A stretch of DNA of 52,322 nucleotides from Cyclobacteriaceae bacterium (GTDB taxonomy: Bacteria > Bacteroidota > Bacteroidia > Cytophagales > Cyclobacteriaceae), in NCBI GenBank assembly GCA_020436145.1, contig JAGQYJ010000003.1, forward strand, positions 9,681-62,002, given 5' to 3'. The notes under the pieces are model-generated. The model was not told the origin of the DNA and made no database searches. It saw only the letters and a list, made by a program, of their open reading frames with translations. Below, piece after piece: positions 51,039 to 52,322 of the stretch (position 1 is its first letter; every line of letters begins with the position of its first letter). Made by a program: the position numbers and the translations under genes.

Positions 51039-51645
51039 TTACCTTTTCCATTCGCTTGCGCTTACTTTCCTTTTCTATATCATTCAAGCGGTCGGAAAGA
51101 ACTTCGGCAAAAATTTTCATATCAGAACTACGAATAACCGGAAGTGCCCGTTCTGCATACATTGGTAGTTGATTAATTGCACTTATTTTTAATTGTTCCA
51201 ATAGCAACGGAATGGTTTCATTCCTATACTTTTCGTGAGTAGATAACTTGATAAGAATATTAACAGTGTGGTCCTTTGTAATTACAGATCCTTTGTCAGC
51301 AATTTCCAAAATTTTACCTAAATTGTTATAGATACCCTTAGGGTTGATACTCGAAATGGTATCAAGGGCTGTCATAGCACCCCAGACCAATCGATTGTTT
51401 TTGCTGTTTAGCAATTGAAGAAAAGCCCTATCATACTGCTGAATTAAATCTGGTGCCTGTTCACCCACTTCATAAAGCACTTTTATACAATCACTTTGAA
51501 TGGCTTTAGACGAATTATTCAAATTGTCCACCAGCTCCTGAACGGCAGAATGATCCTTTTTACTAGCTATTTTAGCTGCCAGTTCCTGATTGGGTTTCTC
51601 ATCCCTTTGACCCAATGCACTAGATAGTTGATTTAAAACTGTCAT
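51022..51645 (-). CDS. hypothetical all-alpha (HEAT/ARM-like repeat) protein
   Basis: 207 aa from ATG 51645; the track start 51657 is TTG. The sequence is helical-repeat-like, reminiscent of DNA-alkylation-repair-type HEAT proteins, with no catalytic motif. ATGA overlap with the upstream Zn-ribbon gene. Confidence 0.45.
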   Translation of the reverse strand: MTVLNQLSSALGQRDEKPNQELAAKIASKKDHSAVQELVDNLNNSSKAIQSDCIKVLYEVGEQAPDLIQQYDRAFLQLLNSKNNRLVWGAMTALDTISSINPKGIYNNLGKILEIADKGSVITKDHTVNILIKLSTHEKYRNETIPLLLEQLKISAINQLPMYAERALPVIRSSDMKIFAEVLSDRLNDIEKESKRKRMEKVIRKLT

Positions 51646-51908
51646 GTGTTTGTCCAACGCTCCAGTTTGGGAATGCCTTTCGTGAAGAAGCCTGCAACAA
51701 AACCAGGGAATCCCATTTCCTTAAGTTTTCCTTTTACAAGCTTTTGCATTTCCTGAGCAGACATGTTCGGGTTGGTAAATGCTCCGTTTTCATAACAACG
51801 TGAGCAATACATTGCGCTTTTAGAACCATCAGCATTAGTGCCTCCACCCTTTTCATCTTTTTTAAGTGGCATGCCACAGCTTTGGCAGTATTTGTAGGTC
51901 TTTTCCAT
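51642..51908 (-). CDS. putative zinc-ribbon domain protein
   Basis: MEKTYKYCQSCGMPLKKDEKGGGTNADGSKSAMYCSRCYENGAF.. gives CxxC ... CxxC, as in the widespread putative zinc ribbon family. Confidence 0.65.
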   Translation of the reverse strand: MEKTYKYCQSCGMPLKKDEKGGGTNADGSKSAMYCSRCYENGAFTNPNMSAQEMQKLVKGKLKEMGFPGFVAGFFTKGIPKLERWTNT

Positions 51909-51992
51909 AATTGGCCATAAGGTTTTGGTTTTCCTTAAATATAAGAAAATTGAAATAATCTTTTGTCTTAGGGTGTTATGAAAAGGAAATAC

Positions 51993-52047
51993 TCTGCATG
52001 ACGAATATTTTTACTAAATTAGTCTGCATGCCGAGTATTTTTTAGTA
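51993..52047 (+). repeat. two direct repeats (about 24 nt, 30-bp phase) in the promoter of the downstream MarR gene
   Basis: TCTGCATGACGAATATTTTTACTA (51993-52016) versus TCTGCATGCCGAGTATTTTTTAGTA (52023-52047). Each copy contains an imperfect palindrome around GCATG(A/C). Confidence 0.6.
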
Positions 52048-52053
52048 GCTTTG
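52046..52053 (+). promoter_or_regulatory. Bacteroidota-type -7 box (TAGCTTTG) upstream of the partial MarR gene
   Basis: Exact TAnnTTTG match 15 nt before ATG 52069. It overlaps the end of the second direct repeat. Confidence 0.45.
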
Positions 52054-52068
52054 GGTACTACCCAAAAA

Positions 52069-52322
52069 ATGAAACCAGAAGAAACAGTTGATTACCATAT
52101 TCGTGCAGCCTGGTATGGCATTTATCGAATGTACAACCAGGAAGCAGTTAAGCACGATATAACCACTTCGTTGGGGTTTGTGTTGCTTAACCTGCATATG
52201 GGAGAGGGCACCCCTGCAACCAAAATTGCACCATTGATGGGCATGGAAGCAAGGAGTTTGTCACGGATGCTGAAAAGCATGGAAGAGCAAGGTCTCATTC
52301 GTAAAGAGAAGGATGAGAACGA
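52069..52322 (+). CDS. MarR-family transcriptional regulator, N-terminal part (runs off the right edge)
   Basis: Own translation: MKPEETVDYHIRAAWYGIYRMYNQEAVKHDITTSLGFVLLNLHMGEGTPATKIAPLMGMEARSLSRMLKSMEEQGLIRKEKDEN.. This is the MarR winged-helix core and is not in the ORF track. Confidence 0.8.
   Translation, partial: MKPEETVDYHIRAAWYGIYRMYNQEAVKHDITTSLGFVLLNLHMGEGTPATKIAPLMGMEARSLSRMLKSMEEQGLIRKEKDEN

Noticed and set aside
1-52322. CRISPR arrays, IS elements, integrases, prophage or toxin-antitoxin/defence genes, rRNA/tRNA
   Set aside because: Reading both strands, I found no regularly spaced repeats, terminal inverted repeats, transposase/integrase-like ORFs or structured RNA genes. The largest non-coding gaps are 160-274 bp and are explained by divergent promoters.

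Overview
This 52.3-kb chromosomal window looks like Bacteroidota. Starts lack Shine-Dalgarno sequences, several TAnnTTTG -7 boxes are present, and the gene content fits (CarboxypepD_reg-type TonB-dependent receptor, AsmA, MoxR, e(P4), FtsX). Coding density is high. I support 48 CDS (two cut by the window edges), 3 intrinsic terminators and several promoter/operator candidates. I found no rRNA, tRNA, CRISPR array, transposase/integrase, prophage or recognisable defence gene. Blocks: (1) 1-4055 housekeeping (dusB, CPBP protease, DUF2007, cdsA, psd, msrA). (2) 4052-10446 hypothetical secreted/membrane proteins, a lone MoxR ATPase, GNAT, AsmA. (3) 10544-20110 sulfur island: cysE-cysM divergent from a tightly packed unit encoding a fused FeS-NrfD subunit, a Tat-less molybdopterin oxidoreductase, SulP, ArsR and split YeeE/YedE. 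(4) 20171-30687 minus-strand array: M23 peptidase, MATE, membrane protein, Trx-like ferredoxin, e(P4) phosphatase, and marR-MFP-RND-TolC. (5) 30917-31765 DUF2975 + HTH pair. (6) 31972-36979 secreted M1 / PD40 / M28-PDZ peptidase trio. (7) 37020-43025 ChaN, TonB-dependent receptor, HmuY-like, PKD and NHL proteins. (8) 43038-51038 DHFR-like gene, then a HlyD-ABC-FtsX exporter divergent from a sigma-54 activator plus kinase, separated by a strikingly dyad-symmetric control region. (9) 51022-52322 HEAT-like protein, Zn-ribbon protein and a partial MarR. The best candidate for something not yet characterised is the sulfur unit at 12485-20110, a cytoplasm-facing SoeABC-like quinone-linked molybdoenzyme with a B-C fusion and BC-before-A order. 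It is wired to SulP, a two-Cys ArsR regulator, a YeeE/YedE importer and a CysM-type cysteine synthase. All functional calls rest on motifs read by eye and on memory of protein families. No database search or computation was run, so novelty claims are provisional.
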